From NCBI RefSeq assembly GCF_006345805.1, contig NC_043010.1, positions 2,914,001-2,978,000 on the forward strand: a stretch of 64,000 bases of DNA, given 5' to 3'. Source of the stretch: Octopus sinensis (taxonomy: Eukaryota). Shown here piece after piece: positions 41,190-55,075 of the stretch (positions are counted from its first letter, which is position 1; every line of letters starts with the position of its first letter). Both the position numbers and the translations under genes were made by a program. The notes beneath the pieces were generated by a model that made no database searches, had not been told where the DNA came from, and saw nothing but the letters and a program-made list of their open reading frames with translations.

Positions 41190-42349
41190 AGGTGTTGAAG
41201 TGGTCGTAGAGCAGTGTGAGATGAAGGGTTATGCTCAAGAACAACTATGCACCACCCAGTCTAGCAATTGAAATCACAATCACTAGAATGTGATTGCAAC
41301 ACTCTGACCACTGTGTGTGTGTTTGTGTTTGTCCCCCCCCACCACTTGACAACCAGTGCTGGTATGTTTACATCCCTGTAACATAGCAGTTCAGTAAAAA
41401 AGACTGATAGAATAAAATGCCAGGTTTTAAAAAATCAAGTACTGGGGTCGATTCATTCAACTAAAATTTTTTCAAGGCAGTGCAGTGCCCCAGCATGACC
41501 ACAATCTAATGACTGGAACACGTAAGAGATAAAACGATAATACAAATACAGAAACTAAATGCAATAGAAAGAAAGTGGAACCTCTAAAAAGTTTATCCAT
41601 CTAACTTTAATAAGAATAACATACAAACTTATAAAAAAAAAAATGACATTATACTCTTATAAAAGAGCTGAAAGACAGATTCCGCAACTGAACTGCTCAC
41701 TTCTCCCTCAATGGCAAAGCAACAAAAATAAGAATTTTCCACAGAAAATTGTAAAATAAATCCTGTTAATAATGACACGTACCAAAGCAATTCACATTGA
41801 TTTGTTTTTGTTCCAGGTTCAGCCAGAGGTGAGATGAAATTATCGACTGGTTGTGACTGTTACATCAGTAAAAGCTACTCCATTGATGAAAAGGTTGCTG
41901 TTTATTATTTCCAATAACCCCAGCGACTAACCAATCTCTCGAAATAGCATCTGTTTGACTCATCATTGCATGCTTTGTAATACTATATCTTCAAACATGA
42001 AAGCTGTCATTGCATAACCATTCTAGTCTGATTAGGAAAAAATAAAAAGGATAAGAAAAAGCTAAAGGAATAATATTTTTAGACATTTTGCTTGAAATAA
42101 TGTCATGTGAGGTCCACAGAATGGTTGGAAGTAATCTTCTGGTGAGCAGAGTCTGTAACATGTGTTCACTTTTAGGTGGAAGCATTTTACCCCATAAACT
42201 TCGTGTGTTCTTGCTGTTTTCTACTGTATTGAAGAGTCCAGAGAAAGACAAGTTCTGCCAAGTTAACCTGCTTTTTTTATGTTCCATAAAAGAGAAAACA
42301 CCGTTTTTGTAGGTAACAAAAAAAAGTAAACAAAAATAAAGCAACAAAA

Positions 42350-42496
42350 ACATGTGATTTAGAAGCTCACTTTGCAACCACATGGTTCTAGGTTCAGTCC
42401 CACTGTGCAGCACTGTGGGCAAGTGTCATCTGCTATAGCCATGGACCAACCAATCTTTGTGAGTGGATTTGGTAGATGGAGCTGTGTGGAAGCTGG

Positions 42497-42528
<32 letters not shown>

Positions 42529-42755
42529 ATGTTTATCTTTGTGTTTGTTCCTCCCTGCTCCACTTGAAATCCAGTATTGGTTTGTTTATGTCCTATAACT
42601 TAGTGGTTCAGTGTCAAAAAAAAAAGCCCAATAGAATAAGTACCAGACTTTAAAAAACAAACAAACATAAGTGCTAGGGTCAATTTGTTTGAGTAAACTC
42701 TTTAAGGTAGTGCCCCAGTATGGCCGCAGTCAAAAGCCTGAAACAAGTAAAAACA
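42350..42755 (+). mobile_element. SINE family A
   Basis: caaccacatggttctaggttcagtcccactg..cctgaaacaagtaaaa. Confidence 0.82.
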
Positions 42756-43713
42756 AACAAACATATGAATAAATAAATAAATATTTAAAGCTTTAAAGGT
42801 TTACAGAATTGCAGCTCAGCAGACTACCAAATGATGTTTCAAGAATTTGTACCCAGGTGCAGTTCTTTGATGTGCTTATTGAGAAGACATTTAACTCTTC
42901 GTACTTTAGTGCAACATACACCATACTGAATGAAATAAGCACCATGTGTGATAATGGTCACTACTGTAAGCAGCTGGAACAGTATGAAATTGATGAATGT
43001 TTCATTAACTTGTGGTAATTAGATCAAACTCCCAAGAGGTTTGAACTAGATCCTTTTTAGACATGGGCAGGGGGACACCCGGTGATTGTTCACAGCCTGG
43101 TAATGTGTTTACACTCATAGAGTCTAAAAGGAGAATTTCTGCTCCCAAGACCAATTGTGAAACAATGTGTCTCTCAAAGTCCAAATGTACACAAACATGT
43201 TAAATATCACTGTACACAGTTATATTTCATTCAACATTGTTTAGTGTGTCTTTAATTAACAGAATAATTTAGATGCTGTTAAGGACAGATTATTACTTCA
43301 AATAAATTGTCAATATCTCAGGTATTTACCTGAGATATTGACAATCTTTCTTTCCTTCTTTCATCAATTTATATCAGATACAGTGACAGATATGTGACAT
43401 ATCCTGTTAATTAGAAGATTACAGGTATGTGGCATCCTTCGATCATTATGTCTTTAAAAATCAATTAATACTTGGTGTTGCTGCTCCTCACAAGAATACA
43501 ATATCCATTAGAATTTTACGCTTTCATTTACCTAGCACTTGATTAATCAGTAAGCAAAACAAGCGCATGCTTTGGGCATAGAAATGGTAAATGGTTTAAT
43601 GTATGCAAAAAATCATTTTAAACTTGTTAAAATCATAATTGAAATTGTTTATATGATTTTTTTTTTTTAAACGGAAAATTTGACAAGTCAGTCAGTCACC
43701 AGCTGACACTCAC

Positions 43714-43926
43714 TGAGGCCAGGGAACAGAAGAAAGAAGGAGAAAGAAGACATGCACCCAACACCAGAGCTGAACACACCTCCGAAAGGAAGGGTCCCCG
43801 CCACGTCAAAACGGTAGAGGAGTAGGGGCCGAAACCGGACGTGGTTCCTCCTGATGATGTCTTGAGCTAACTGGATGCTATATAGGGGCTGTTGTGGTAG
43901 CAGACCATGAAACACGGTTGTAATTC
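43714..43926 (-). other. Candidate exon (213 nt, open in phase 1/1)
   Basis: atttccaag| acceptor, |gtgagt donor, GC/CpG-rich unique island; peptide not recognised. Confidence 0.3.
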
Positions 43927-44540
43927 CTTGGAAATATAATTTTAAATGTTCATGGTACTACAGTGAGGATCTGATCAAAGTCTTTGCAATTAAAAAATGT
44001 AGAAAAACTTTTCAAATATAAATAAAGTGGAAGTATTCAAAAATAAACATTATTTTCTATCTTAGCTTATTATTGCTTATATTTTGAATTGCATATATAT
44101 ATGGAGCCACCAAAATCTTTTAAGTACTTAAGACCTCTATGAGTTTTAATATTTCCCTGTGTCTACCTTTAAATTACAACCAGAGCTGTGAAGATTTGTT
44201 TTGGATTTTCAGCCTCATTTCTTGCTAGAAGAAATTTTGGAAATTCCAGTAGTACACTGATACTTAATAAAGTAATTATAGATTGTGAAGTAAAGTTCTC
44301 AGCTCCATAGGGGAATAGTAAAAGTGGAACGACAGCACTTTGTGTCTCACCTAATCATTTGCTCAAAGCCCTGTGTTCCATAGGATGATTTAATCAGTGC
44401 TGATCTGGGGCTGTTTCTTCTGCTGACTTATGTTGAACACAATAGTTTTCAATGCTAAATATATCTGGGTCCATTGCTTCTCACAAGAAGTCTGTGCCAT
44501 CGTGGTTCATACCCCTATCCCCATCATTAGTTTTGCTCAC

Positions 44541-44627
44541 CAAATTTGCCCGCTTGGCACTGTGCATTTGTTGCTGCGACGAAATGGTCACCTCCAAGCA
44601 AGAGAGAGGTAACCTGTTTAACCCATT
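44541..44627 (-). other. Candidate exon (87 nt)
   Basis: ctactttcaaactcag| acceptor, |gtgagc donor; open in two frames; phase-compatible with 43714-43926. Confidence 0.28.
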
Positions 44628-44979
44628 CTGAGTTTGAAAGTAGACAGAAGTCCTCTAGTCATTCACTTTACCACGTTTCATACCCTTAATACACAAACAG
44701 CATTGAATAGATTCATTCAGAATTCTCAACCATATAATTCTGTATTTCTGTGATAAGGAATTTATATTACGAATACTCTTTATACTAGCATAGTAGATAA
44801 AGACGTTGGTTAATGCAGTGCAGTCCCCCAGAGGTTCTGAGTTCAATCTCAGGCAAGGTACTAAGGCAATTCACCAAAAATCAACTAAAGCAAAAGAAGT
44901 TCATGAAATACAGAGAGTGGAATGAGAACAGTGTACCCCTCTGGATCAAATAAAGGGTTAGGTTCAAAATTCTAATATA

Positions 44980-45283
44980 TATTTCTTTATTACCCACAAA
45001 GGGCTAAACACAGAGGGGACAAGCAAGGACAGACAAAGGGATTAAGTCAATTACATCGACCCCAGTTTTTGACTGGTACTTAATTTATTGACCCCCGAAA
45101 GGATGAAAGGCAAAGTTGACCTCGGCGGAATTTGAACTCGGAACGTAATGACAGACAAAATACGGCTACGCATTTCACCCGGCGTGCTAACGTTTCTGCC
45201 AGCTCACCGCCTTAACGTACAATCACAAGAAATACCGATAGGTATTTTGCCTGGCGTGCTAACGTTTCTGCCAGCTTGCTGCC
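44980..45283 (-). mobile_element. SINE family B with duplicated 5' head and 17-bp TSD
   Basis: TSD ttcaaaattctaatata at 44963-44979 and 45284-45300. Confidence 0.9.
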
Positions 45284-47354
45284 TTCAAAATTCTAATATA
45301 ATTGCAGAGTTCAGCACAAGACACTGGAAGAAGGCTGGAACGTACAACAGCTGAAATGTAATGAAAGCAACAATCAAGAGGCAGACACCAGTTCAACCAA
45401 TATAAACAATATAAACAATATAAACAATGTACATAATTTTCAGCCTTAGCTTTCTTGCTTAGAAATGCCTGAGAAACCTCAGCATCGACTGATTAAATTG
45501 AACACCTGTACTTAACTGGTACTTTATTTTTACTATCACTGATGGGATTTGAACTCAGAGCAAAACCAACCGGAACAAATAGTGCAAGAATTTGAGAAGA
45601 CAAAGCAACAACAATCCCCAATGTATTATCTTTTAGTGCTTGTTATATTAGGTGTTTTCTTTCCTTACATCTTCAGAATATTTTCTATTTGCTTTTGTAT
45701 ATCTCAGATGTGAATAAAATAAATAAATAGATTACCATTTATTTACTTAAAGTTATGGCCAGAACTACATCTATGTGAGTTCAACGTGTTAAATATTCTG
45801 GTAAATTTCTATTCCTAGTTTGTGTTTCTATTCTTTATAGCTTACAGTCGAGTTTGATGCCAGACAAACCATGCTTTAAATCAATGTATCAATGTTGGTC
45901 AGAAGCACATTCTTCAAAATATCAATAAGAAGAACTCCCAAGATGTTTCCCATTATACTAGGAAGTTGTAAATCGGACTTGCTACAATTTTAGTATGCAT
46001 CAGTAGATACACCGGGGACTATGCCACTGCATATAACTGCCTGTTTATGCCAGTGAATTAATGTTTTTTTATCAAGAAATCCAACCAGTACATTCAGTTC
46101 CATTCACATGACAGACAATTTCGATTGGAATCTTGGCCTATGTATTGCCAGCTAATCTCGAAGACTGATGTTGAAAAGATATTTTTGTACAATTTTTTTT
46201 ATCTATTTCTTTTTTCTTAATGCTATGAAGATATATTTAATGGTTTCTAATGTGTATTTGATAAAGGAGAATTTGTTTACACAATTGTTTTTATTTGTTT
46301 CTTCCTATTATCTTTAGTTGGACTTTTTTTTTACCACTTTCTGCTTCTTTCTACTTTCTCTCTTTTCTAGTGCATACATACATACATATATATATATATA
46401 CATATGTAGATATATTGACATACACATATGCATGCACACACGAACACACATGTGCACATCCTCACATGTATTGGTGCTCATGTCAGTGTGGGTTTTATTA
46501 ACATTGTAAATTTCAGGAAAAAGCTTTCTTTTCACATCTTTTCTCCACTTTTAAAAAGATGCCTGCATGCATACACACATGCATGTATGTATATATATAC
46601 ACACATACACACACATACATACATACATACATAACTACATACATACATACATACATACATACATACATGCATACATACATACATACATACATACATACAT
46701 ACATACATACATACATACATACACATACACACATACATACATACATTCATACACACATACACACATACATACATGCATGCATACATACGTACATACATAC
46801 ATACATATATATTTCATGTAAATATATACATATCATGTAAATGAACAAACGAGCTTGAGTAAGGTCAAATAAATAAGTTTCGTCTCCTGAAAGAATTCTA
46901 TGCACACACAAGCAAAATTATAAAAAAAAAAAAAAGAATACATACCCCTACCACCATACCCAAGCACGTGTGCATGCACACACACACACACACACGTACA
47001 CACACAAACATACATAACAAATCACTAGATGTTTACTTCCTTCTGTGTTTCTTCCCCCTATAATTTGTAACAAAACATCTTTCTTGTTAATACATTTGTT
47101 ACAAGATCTAAATAAATTACTTGATGCAAAACAACAAATCAGGAGATGGCATATCTTTTAGGAATGGAAATAACAGAAACTAACAAAGAGGAAAGTTTGA
47201 CCAATTATTTTTTAATGATATGTCGTTAGCAAAGTAACTTATCACTCATGTATACATAATTAAGTACACAATGTCAAAAAATGTAACATAAAAACTCTGA
47301 AAATGATGCGTAAATAACAAGGTATTTTACAGTTTTATGTTATAAGTGCATTTG

Positions 47355-47660
47355 TAGTTGTGTAGGTAGAAGTTTGGTTCCCAGCCACGTGGCTCCAGGT
47401 TCAACCTCACTGCAAGGCACCTTAGGCAAATGTCTTCTTCTGTAGTACTAAGCTGACCAAAGCCTTGTGAGTGGTTTTTGTAGATGGAAACTGAAGGAAG
47501 TCTGCTGCATATGTGTATGTAAGTGACTTGGTGTATGTGTTTGTCCCCGACCATCACTTCACCACTGGTGTTGGTATATTTATGCCCCCATAACTTTGCA
47601 ATTAGGCAAAAGAGTCTGATAAAATATGTAACAGGTGTAAAAAAAAAAACAAGCACTGGA
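47355..47660 (+). mobile_element. SINE family A, decayed
   Basis: ggttcaacctcactgcaaggcaccttaggcaaatgtcttc..ggaaactgaaggaag. Confidence 0.75.
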
Positions 47661-47689
47661 ATCACTTCCATTTTTTAATTTTTTCTGCC

Positions 47690-48380
47690 TTTAGCCCTCC
47701 AATGCAGAGTGTAGGCCACTTATAGTTGAATTCAATGTCGCATAATTTTTCGCTTCTGTACTTATACTCTGCCATGATTGTCCCCCTATCTCTAGTTCCT
47801 TTTGTGTTGATCTATGCTACAAGTTCTTAGGCCTACCTCTCCTTCTATATCCAACCGGTTTCCACTTTAAAGCACTTTTTGCTACATTTGGTGTGTCTTT
47901 TCTAATTGTGCTACTAATCCACTTCCACTTTTTCTTAAATATTTGCTCCCTAATCGAAACTTGATTTGTTCTTTGCCATAGCTCCATATTGCTTATGTGT
48001 TCGGACCATCTAATTTTAAGTATCCTACGCAAGCATCTGTTGATGAATGATTGTATTTGCTTATTTCACTTAACTGTTGGTCGCCATGTCTCAGCCCCAT
48101 ACAATAACACTGCTTTTACGTTAGTGTCAAAAATTCTTATTTTGTTCTTTATTGAAATTACACTTGCGCTCCATACTTTTTTTAACAGGTGAAAAGCGGT
48201 CCTTGCCTTATTCTAGTCTTAATATCTTCGTTGGTGCTGACTGAAAACGTTATCTTACTACCTAAATACATAAACTTGGTTACATCCTCTAGTTCACCAG
48301 CTTCTAGTTTAATACGTTCACTGTTTTCTTCATTAACGTGCATAATTTTTGATTTGTCGTGGTTGACTTTCAATCCTGAC
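47690..48380 (-). mobile_element. RTE-clade LINE 3' portion
   Basis: KVNHDKSKIM, LEDVTKFMYLGS, DIKTRI; RRILKIRWSEHISNMELW..KWKPVGYRRRGRPK; frameshifts. Confidence 0.88.
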
Positions 48381-48510
48381 TAAAATTCTTCAACAGCAAT
48401 ACCTCTGATGAGGAAAATTTGTGCCTTGTCTTGTCTTGGGCTCTAAACTCCTGATAGCATAATGGGTGGGAGGGAGGCATTGGAACATATGGAGTGTCTT
48501 TGACACTTAA

Positions 48511-48732
48511 CCCTTTAGCATTTAAATCGGCCATATCCGGCCAAAAGTACCCTGCCTGTTTTATGTTCAAACTGGCCAGATCTGGTCTCTCACACCAACC
48601 CTACAATACCATCTTAAAAATAAACAGCTTCCTCATCAAAATCTCATAGTTACAAGATTAATGCCTGATTAGTTCAAAACAATGTGGATGAAAAGGCATT
48701 AATTTTGGCAGAATAATTCGAACACTAAAGGG
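48511..48732. mobile_element. piggyBac-type MITE (222 bp)
   Basis: TTAA|CCCTTTAG...CTAAAGGG|TTAA: terminal inverted repeats and TTAA TSD. Confidence 0.85.
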
Positions 48733-49214
48733 TTAAACTGGTGGAGCTCAACCCTTGCCATGTTGAAGCATAGTTGGTTTCTTCCAGAGACAGACAAAAA
48801 AGAGATTGATTAATAGACAGATAGGGAAGGTGAGAGAGAGAGAGAGAAAGAGACAAAAAATGTGTTTTGTGTTTGTGAGTGATAAAGAGAGATATAGAGA
48901 AGAACCAGTACTCAACTGATACTTTATTTATTGACCCTAAAAGGATGAAAAGCAAAATTGACCTTGCTGAGATTTATATATGTATAAATAGATGAGTGTA
49001 TTTTTCCCTTGTTAACAATTAACACGGAAAAAATAGATAAATAGTTACCAGGGTAGCAAAAAATCACACAAGTAAAGAGGTTGTAACTCCTTGTTTTTAA
49101 AGTTAGAAACTTCGGATTCATGTGGAATTTTTTGTATAATAAACTCCATTTATATATATATATATATATAATATTATACATACATACATACATACGTTTG
49201 TGTGTGTATGTATA

Positions 49215-49612
49215 ATCTTTTCTACTCTAGGCACAAGGCACAAAATTTTGAGTGGGAGGGGCAGTCGATTAGATTGACCCCAGTATGCAACTGGCACTTA
49301 ATTTATCGACCGTTAAAGAACGAAAGGTAAAGTCAACCTCGGCGGAATTTGAACTCAGAACGTAAAGACAAACGAAATACCTATTTCTTTACTACCCACA
49401 AGGGGCTAAACACAGAGGGGACAAACAAGGGCAGACAAAGGGATTAAGTCGATTACATCGACCTCAGTGCGTTACTGGTACTTAATTTATCGACCTGAAA
49501 GGATGAAAGGCAAAGTCGACCTCGGCAGAATTTGAACTCAGAACGTAACGGCAGACGAAATACGGCTACGCCTTTCGCCCGGCATGCTAACGTTTCTGCC
49601 AGCTCACCGCCT
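49215..49612 (-). mobile_element. Two fused or nested SINE family B copies with different 3' tails
   Basis: Body repeated at ~49265-49380 and ~49445-49612; tails differ (ctactctaggcacaagg vs ctttactacccacaagggg). Confidence 0.85.
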
Positions 49613-50021
49613 CGTGTGTATGTATAATAGAGTTGGTCAGATCAAGACAGTTATATATTTAAACGCACATAAGCACACCCTCATCCGCACACCGAAGCAC
49701 ACACACACACACACCTTCACTCTTAGCAGCCCACAGTTGAGAATAAAGGGCAACAACTCTTGTCGCTTGGATTAGGTTTCCTTGTAAAGCAGAAGTGTGT
49801 GTGTGTGTGCTTATGTGTGCGTGAGTGAGATGGTGTTTAGACTATCAGGGCTACAGTCCTTCATACAGACGGAAACCACACGAAAGTTTATCATGTCTTT
49901 CAATAACTATATCATATATCTGTTCCACATACAATCATTTTAAGAAATTGGGAAAATGACAGACAACATTTTAAAAAAAGATATGATCTTTCTTTATCTC
50001 TCTTTCTCCCTTTCTGTCGTC

Positions 50022-50065
<44 letters not shown>

Positions 50066-50642
50066 ATCAAGTCTTTTATTCTCATCTTTGCTCTTTCTCC
50101 ATCATTTACGCATGTAAGTGTGTGTACATGACATATGATATTCGTGGTGTTTCCTGCATGGAAACTGGAGATTTTAATATAAACCTTTCTATTTTTTTTT
50201 TTTTTGATTAGACACACCTGAAATGAAGGAGCACACCTGTTATATATCTTTTCTGTTATGAGCTTTAGGGTTCAGTAGGTTGGAGTTAAGCTTAAAACGC
50301 TCCCCATTGAAGAAGAGAATAGTCCGTCTCTGCTATTTGCTAAAACTCATTTACGCCTGGATGGACCGAAGCGATATGAAATGAAATGCTTTGTTCAAGA
50401 ACACAATGTAGCACTCAATAAGGGAATCAAAGCCGCAATCCTAAGATCATAAATATAATAATCTAACGGCTGGACCGCATACCTGTACACCTGATAAATG
50501 TACCCAGCTTGAATGAAATTACTTTGACTTTTGAAGGTGACTTGTTCCACTGGTTTAATTACCACCTGTCTGGTGGAACTCAACCTTTGCCATATCTAAG
50601 TGTAGTTGATTCCTTCCAGAGACAAAAAAAGGGATAGGTAGG

Positions 50643-50678
<36 letters not shown>

Positions 50679-50996
50679 CAGAAGCCTGCTAGCTGCAGAT
50701 ATCTGATCAGTGAATAAACTTCACTGAAAATTAGATATATATATTTGCGAAGTCGAGACAGATATCTAGCAGGCCGATGATGGACAAAGATCCTGAAACA
50801 TGCGTGTCTCTAGATGCAGGCCTAGCTGCTGGGGGTATTTGTCTCCCCTTCGTAAATATGTAAGGACATAGGAAATGTGTCGAAGCCGACAGGAAGTGTC
50901 GATGCTTCCTAGGGCTAAACAGCGGTGGTGTAATCCCCTACTGTCACGTTAAATTGACAGTACACAACCATTCTAGAAACCAAAAAATAATTCGAA

Positions 50997-51172
50997 ATCC
51001 TTGTCCGGCACCAGATCAATCCCAAAACCTAATTAGTTCCTGCCAGTCATGAGGCCAAACATCTCTGAAAGTTTCATCCAAAGCCATCTACCGGTTCTTG
51101 AGATATCTTTTTCACAGACAAACAAACAAATACAACTGAAACAATACCTCTGCCATTGGTAAGGTGGAGGTA
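50997..51172 (+). mobile_element. Helentron-associated element end (second copy)
   Basis: Homologous to 29627-29818; terminal hairpin 51146-51171. Confidence 0.6.
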
Positions 51173-51269
51173 ATAAAACAGCAACAGCAACAGTAAAAGC
51201 AATTGCAGCTAGGTCAGAGTTATCAGAATTAATATAGTTCATTGGTGTTTGTGTACTCTTTACTCTCTC

Positions 51270-51469
51270 TCTTTTACTTGTTTCAGTCATATGACTGCGG
51301 CCATGCTGGAGCACCGCCTTTAGTTGAGCAAATCGACCCCGGGACTTATTCTTTGTAAGCCCAGTACTTATTCTATCGGTCTCTTTTGCCGAACCACTAA
51401 GTTACGGGGACGTAAACACACCAGCATCGGTTGTCAAGCAATGCTAGGGGGACAAACACAGGCACACAA

Positions 51470-51506
<37 letters not shown>

Positions 51507-51668
51507 CGACAGGCTTCTTTCAGTTTCCGCCTACCAAATCCACTCACAAGGCATTGGTCGGCCCGGGGCTATAGCAGAAGACACTTGCCCAAGATGCCAC
51601 GCAGTGGGACTGAACCCGGAACCACGTGGCTGGTTAGCAAGCTACTTACCACACAGCCACTCCTGCGC
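51270..51668 (-). mobile_element. SINE family A, full length, young (CpGs retained)
   Basis: Minus strand begins ggcgcaggagtggctgtgtggtaag and ends gactgaaacaagtaaaagag. Confidence 0.92.
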
Positions 51669-52884
51669 CTCTGTCAATGTTAATGTACTCTCTATTGTCG
51701 GAGTACTCTATTGTTGCCGCTGTACTTTAACTTTCCTCGAAGTGCGTCACTTTATAAGTGACAGTTCGTTTGACTTGACAACAAATTGTGTATGTGTGTG
51801 TATGTGTATGTGTGTGTGTGTTTATGACAGTATAGATAGTTTTCTTTGTGTGAGGCTGTGTATGCAAGAGAAAGATGTGTGTGTGTATGATTTTTCATGT
51901 GTGGTTGTGTTTGTTCATTCATATCTTGTGTGTGTAAGTCTGAAAGTGTATGTGTGTGTATGTGTGTGTCTGTGTGCATGTGTATTTATCTATCTATCCG
52001 TGTCTGTCTGCTGTGTGTGTATGTATGTGTATGTGTGTGTGTGAGAGTGTGCGTGTGTGTGTTTGTGTGTGTGTATGTGTGTATGTGTGTGTATGTGTGT
52101 GTGTGAGAGAGAGTGTGTGTATGTGTGTGTATGTGTATGTATGTGTGTATGTGTGTGTGTGTGAGAGAGTGTGTGTGTATGTGTGTGTATGTGTGTGTAT
52201 GTATGTGTATGTGTGTGTGTATGTGTGTGTATGTGTGTGTGTGTGAGAGAGTGTGTGCATGTGTTTGTGTGTGTGTGTCTGTTTGTGTGTGTTTGTGTGT
52301 GTGGGTGTTCTTTAATGTTCATCTGTCTATTTGTCTGTCTGGTGGGTGCACGCATGTACATGTGTGTGTATGTGTGTGACTGCATTAGTGTATATCTATC
52401 TGTATCCATCTGTCGAGTTGTGTGGCATATGTTTATGTGTGTGTGTGTGGGGGGGGTGAGTGTGTGTGTCTGTGTGAGTGTGTGTGTGTCTATCTCAGAC
52501 TATCTGTCTTATATATGTAGGCATTTGTGTACGGATGTGTATATCTGTGTGTGTGTCTGTGTGCATGTGTATTTATCTATCTATCCGTGTCTGTCTGCTG
52601 TGTGTGTATGTATTTGAGAATGAGTCAGTCTATCTGTCTATCATGAGCATCTGTCTAAAAGTTTAATGTGTGTGTCTGTGTGAGTGTGTATCTGTGACTG
52701 TGTGTGTCTATCTATCTGTCTATCTGTCATGGTGTGTGTGTATGTGTCTGTGTGTCTGTCGCTATGTGTCTACACGATCAGCATATGTATATCTGTGTCT
52801 GTGTGTTTGTCTCTGAATCTTTTTATTTCGTGTGTGTGTGTGTGTGTGTTCTGTCTATGCCTGTTTATCTAAGTCTGCCAGTAA

Positions 52885-53161
52885 GTGTGTGAGTGTATGG
52901 GAGTGTGTGTGTGTGTGAGTGTATGGGTGTGTGTGTGTGTGTGGTGTGTGTGTGAGTGTATGGGAGTGTGTGTGTGTGTGAGTGTATGGGAGTGTGTGTG
53001 TGATTGTATGGGAGTGTGTGTGTGTGAGTGTATGGGAGTGTGTGTGTGTGTGAGTGTATGGGAGTGTGTGTGTGTGTGAGTGTATGGGAGTGTGTGTGTG
53101 TGTGTGAGTGTATGGGAGTGTGTGTGTGAGTGTATGGGAGTGTGTGTGTGTGTGTGTATGG

Positions 53162-53200
<39 letters not shown>
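52885..53200. repeat. Minisatellite, unit ~GAGTGTATGGGA(GT)5-8, about 11 copies
   Basis: Directly visible. Confidence 0.9.
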
Positions 53201-53201
<1 letters not shown>

Positions 53202-53279
53202 ACTTTGTGGTGTATCAAATGGTTCTTTTATTTATTTCATGATTGATTTGATAGATACAACATCCCTCTCCTCCTCACC

Positions 53280-53436
53280 CATCATCATCATCATCATCAT
53301 CATCTTCTTCATCATCATCATCATCTTCTTCATCATCATCATCATCTTCTTCATCATCATCATCATCTTCTTCATCATCATCATCATCTTCTTCATCATC
53401 ATCATCATCATCTTCATCATCATCATCATCATCATC
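53280..53436. repeat. (ATC)n/(TTC) tract with ~21-bp higher-order period
   Basis: Directly visible. Confidence 0.9.
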
Positions 53437-53779
53437 GTGTGGCAGTTGTAAGCAACCCACACTATTATTATTATTGTTGTTATTCTTAATATCATTATCT
53501 ATCTCGTTGTTGTTGTTGTTTTTATCATTATTACTCGTCAATTTATTTCGTTATTTATTGATCCAGTCTGTTAATTAAGCTTTGTTTGATTTGTGCAGCA
53601 TCTATAATTGATAGTGTAGTGTTGGAGGGTAATAAGTTCGTTTTCTTTAATTAATGATTTTGTAATGAAGACTTTGTATCTATCTGATGTATGTATATGC
53701 GTACCACACAGAGTTATATACACTACATAGTAATACATATAAAATGTATGAAGTTATATGCCATTTATAACTATGTATG

Positions 53780-54325
<546 letters not shown>

Positions 54326-54988
54326 TTAATGCCCATTTTCCATGCTATTCTTTAAATGTGTGCGCATGCACGCACGCACACACACACACACACACACATA
54401 TATAATACTATTATTGTTGTTTGCTGTCATCATCATTTTAATGTTCATTTTTCCATGCTTGCAATGGGTCCGATGGAGTTTATTGAGGCACAGATTTTCT
54501 ACAGCTGGATGCCCTTCCTGTCACCAACCCTCACCTGTTTCCAAGCAAGCTAATATTTCCCCTTTGTCAGACATGTTCTTGCAGAATTTTGGAATATTCC
54601 TGCTTTTATAACAGTGACAATCATTTATAACAATCATGTAATGTCAAGACAAAGAGACACAAACAGCCAAATTCCCTCACAAGACTTCGGTTAGTCTAGG
54701 GCTATAATAGAAGACATTGTCCCAAGGTGCCATGCAGTGGGGTTGAACCCGAAACCCTGTGGTTGAGAAACCTCTTACCAATCAACCATGTTTGCATGTA
54801 TTTATATATCACTTGTAGGCACAGGCGTGGATGTGTGGTAAGAAGCTTGTTTCCCAACCACACAGTCCGAGCTCATTCCCACTGTGTGGAACCTTGGCTA
54901 TGTGTCTTCTACTATAGCCTCAGGCCAACCAAAGTCTTGTAAGTGGATTTTGTAGATGGAAACGGAAAATCAAAATAAGTAATAAGAT

Positions 54989-55075
54989 ACAGTATGACTG
55001 TTTCAGGTGGCTCCCTTTAATTGATGTAATGATTGCATTATTACATCAATTAAATCTAGCACGATCTTCAGCTGC
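54989..55075 (-). ncRNA. Degenerate hammerhead motif with long perfect stem II hairpin
   Basis: Minus strand GCAG-CTGAAGA-..[15-bp hairpin 55016-55054]..-GAAAC-agtc-ATA-CTGT; homologous to 1446-1533. Confidence 0.45.

Noticed and set aside
41991-43018. Non-repetitive ORFs 41991-42422(-) and 42809-43018(+)
   Set aside because: The first starts inside a SINE; neither has a recognisable domain or a convincing pair of splice sites
43826-43925. GAAAC..GTT..CTGATGA..GAAAC hammerhead-like words
   Set aside because: Stems I and II cannot be formed in a valid topology
45646-45682. Minus-strand CTGAAGA..GAAA
   Set aside because: No stem II and no valid NUH triplet in register with stem I
52885-53200. 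Regularly spaced repeat resembling a CRISPR array
   Set aside because: The spacers are just (GT)n, and the context is eukaryotic
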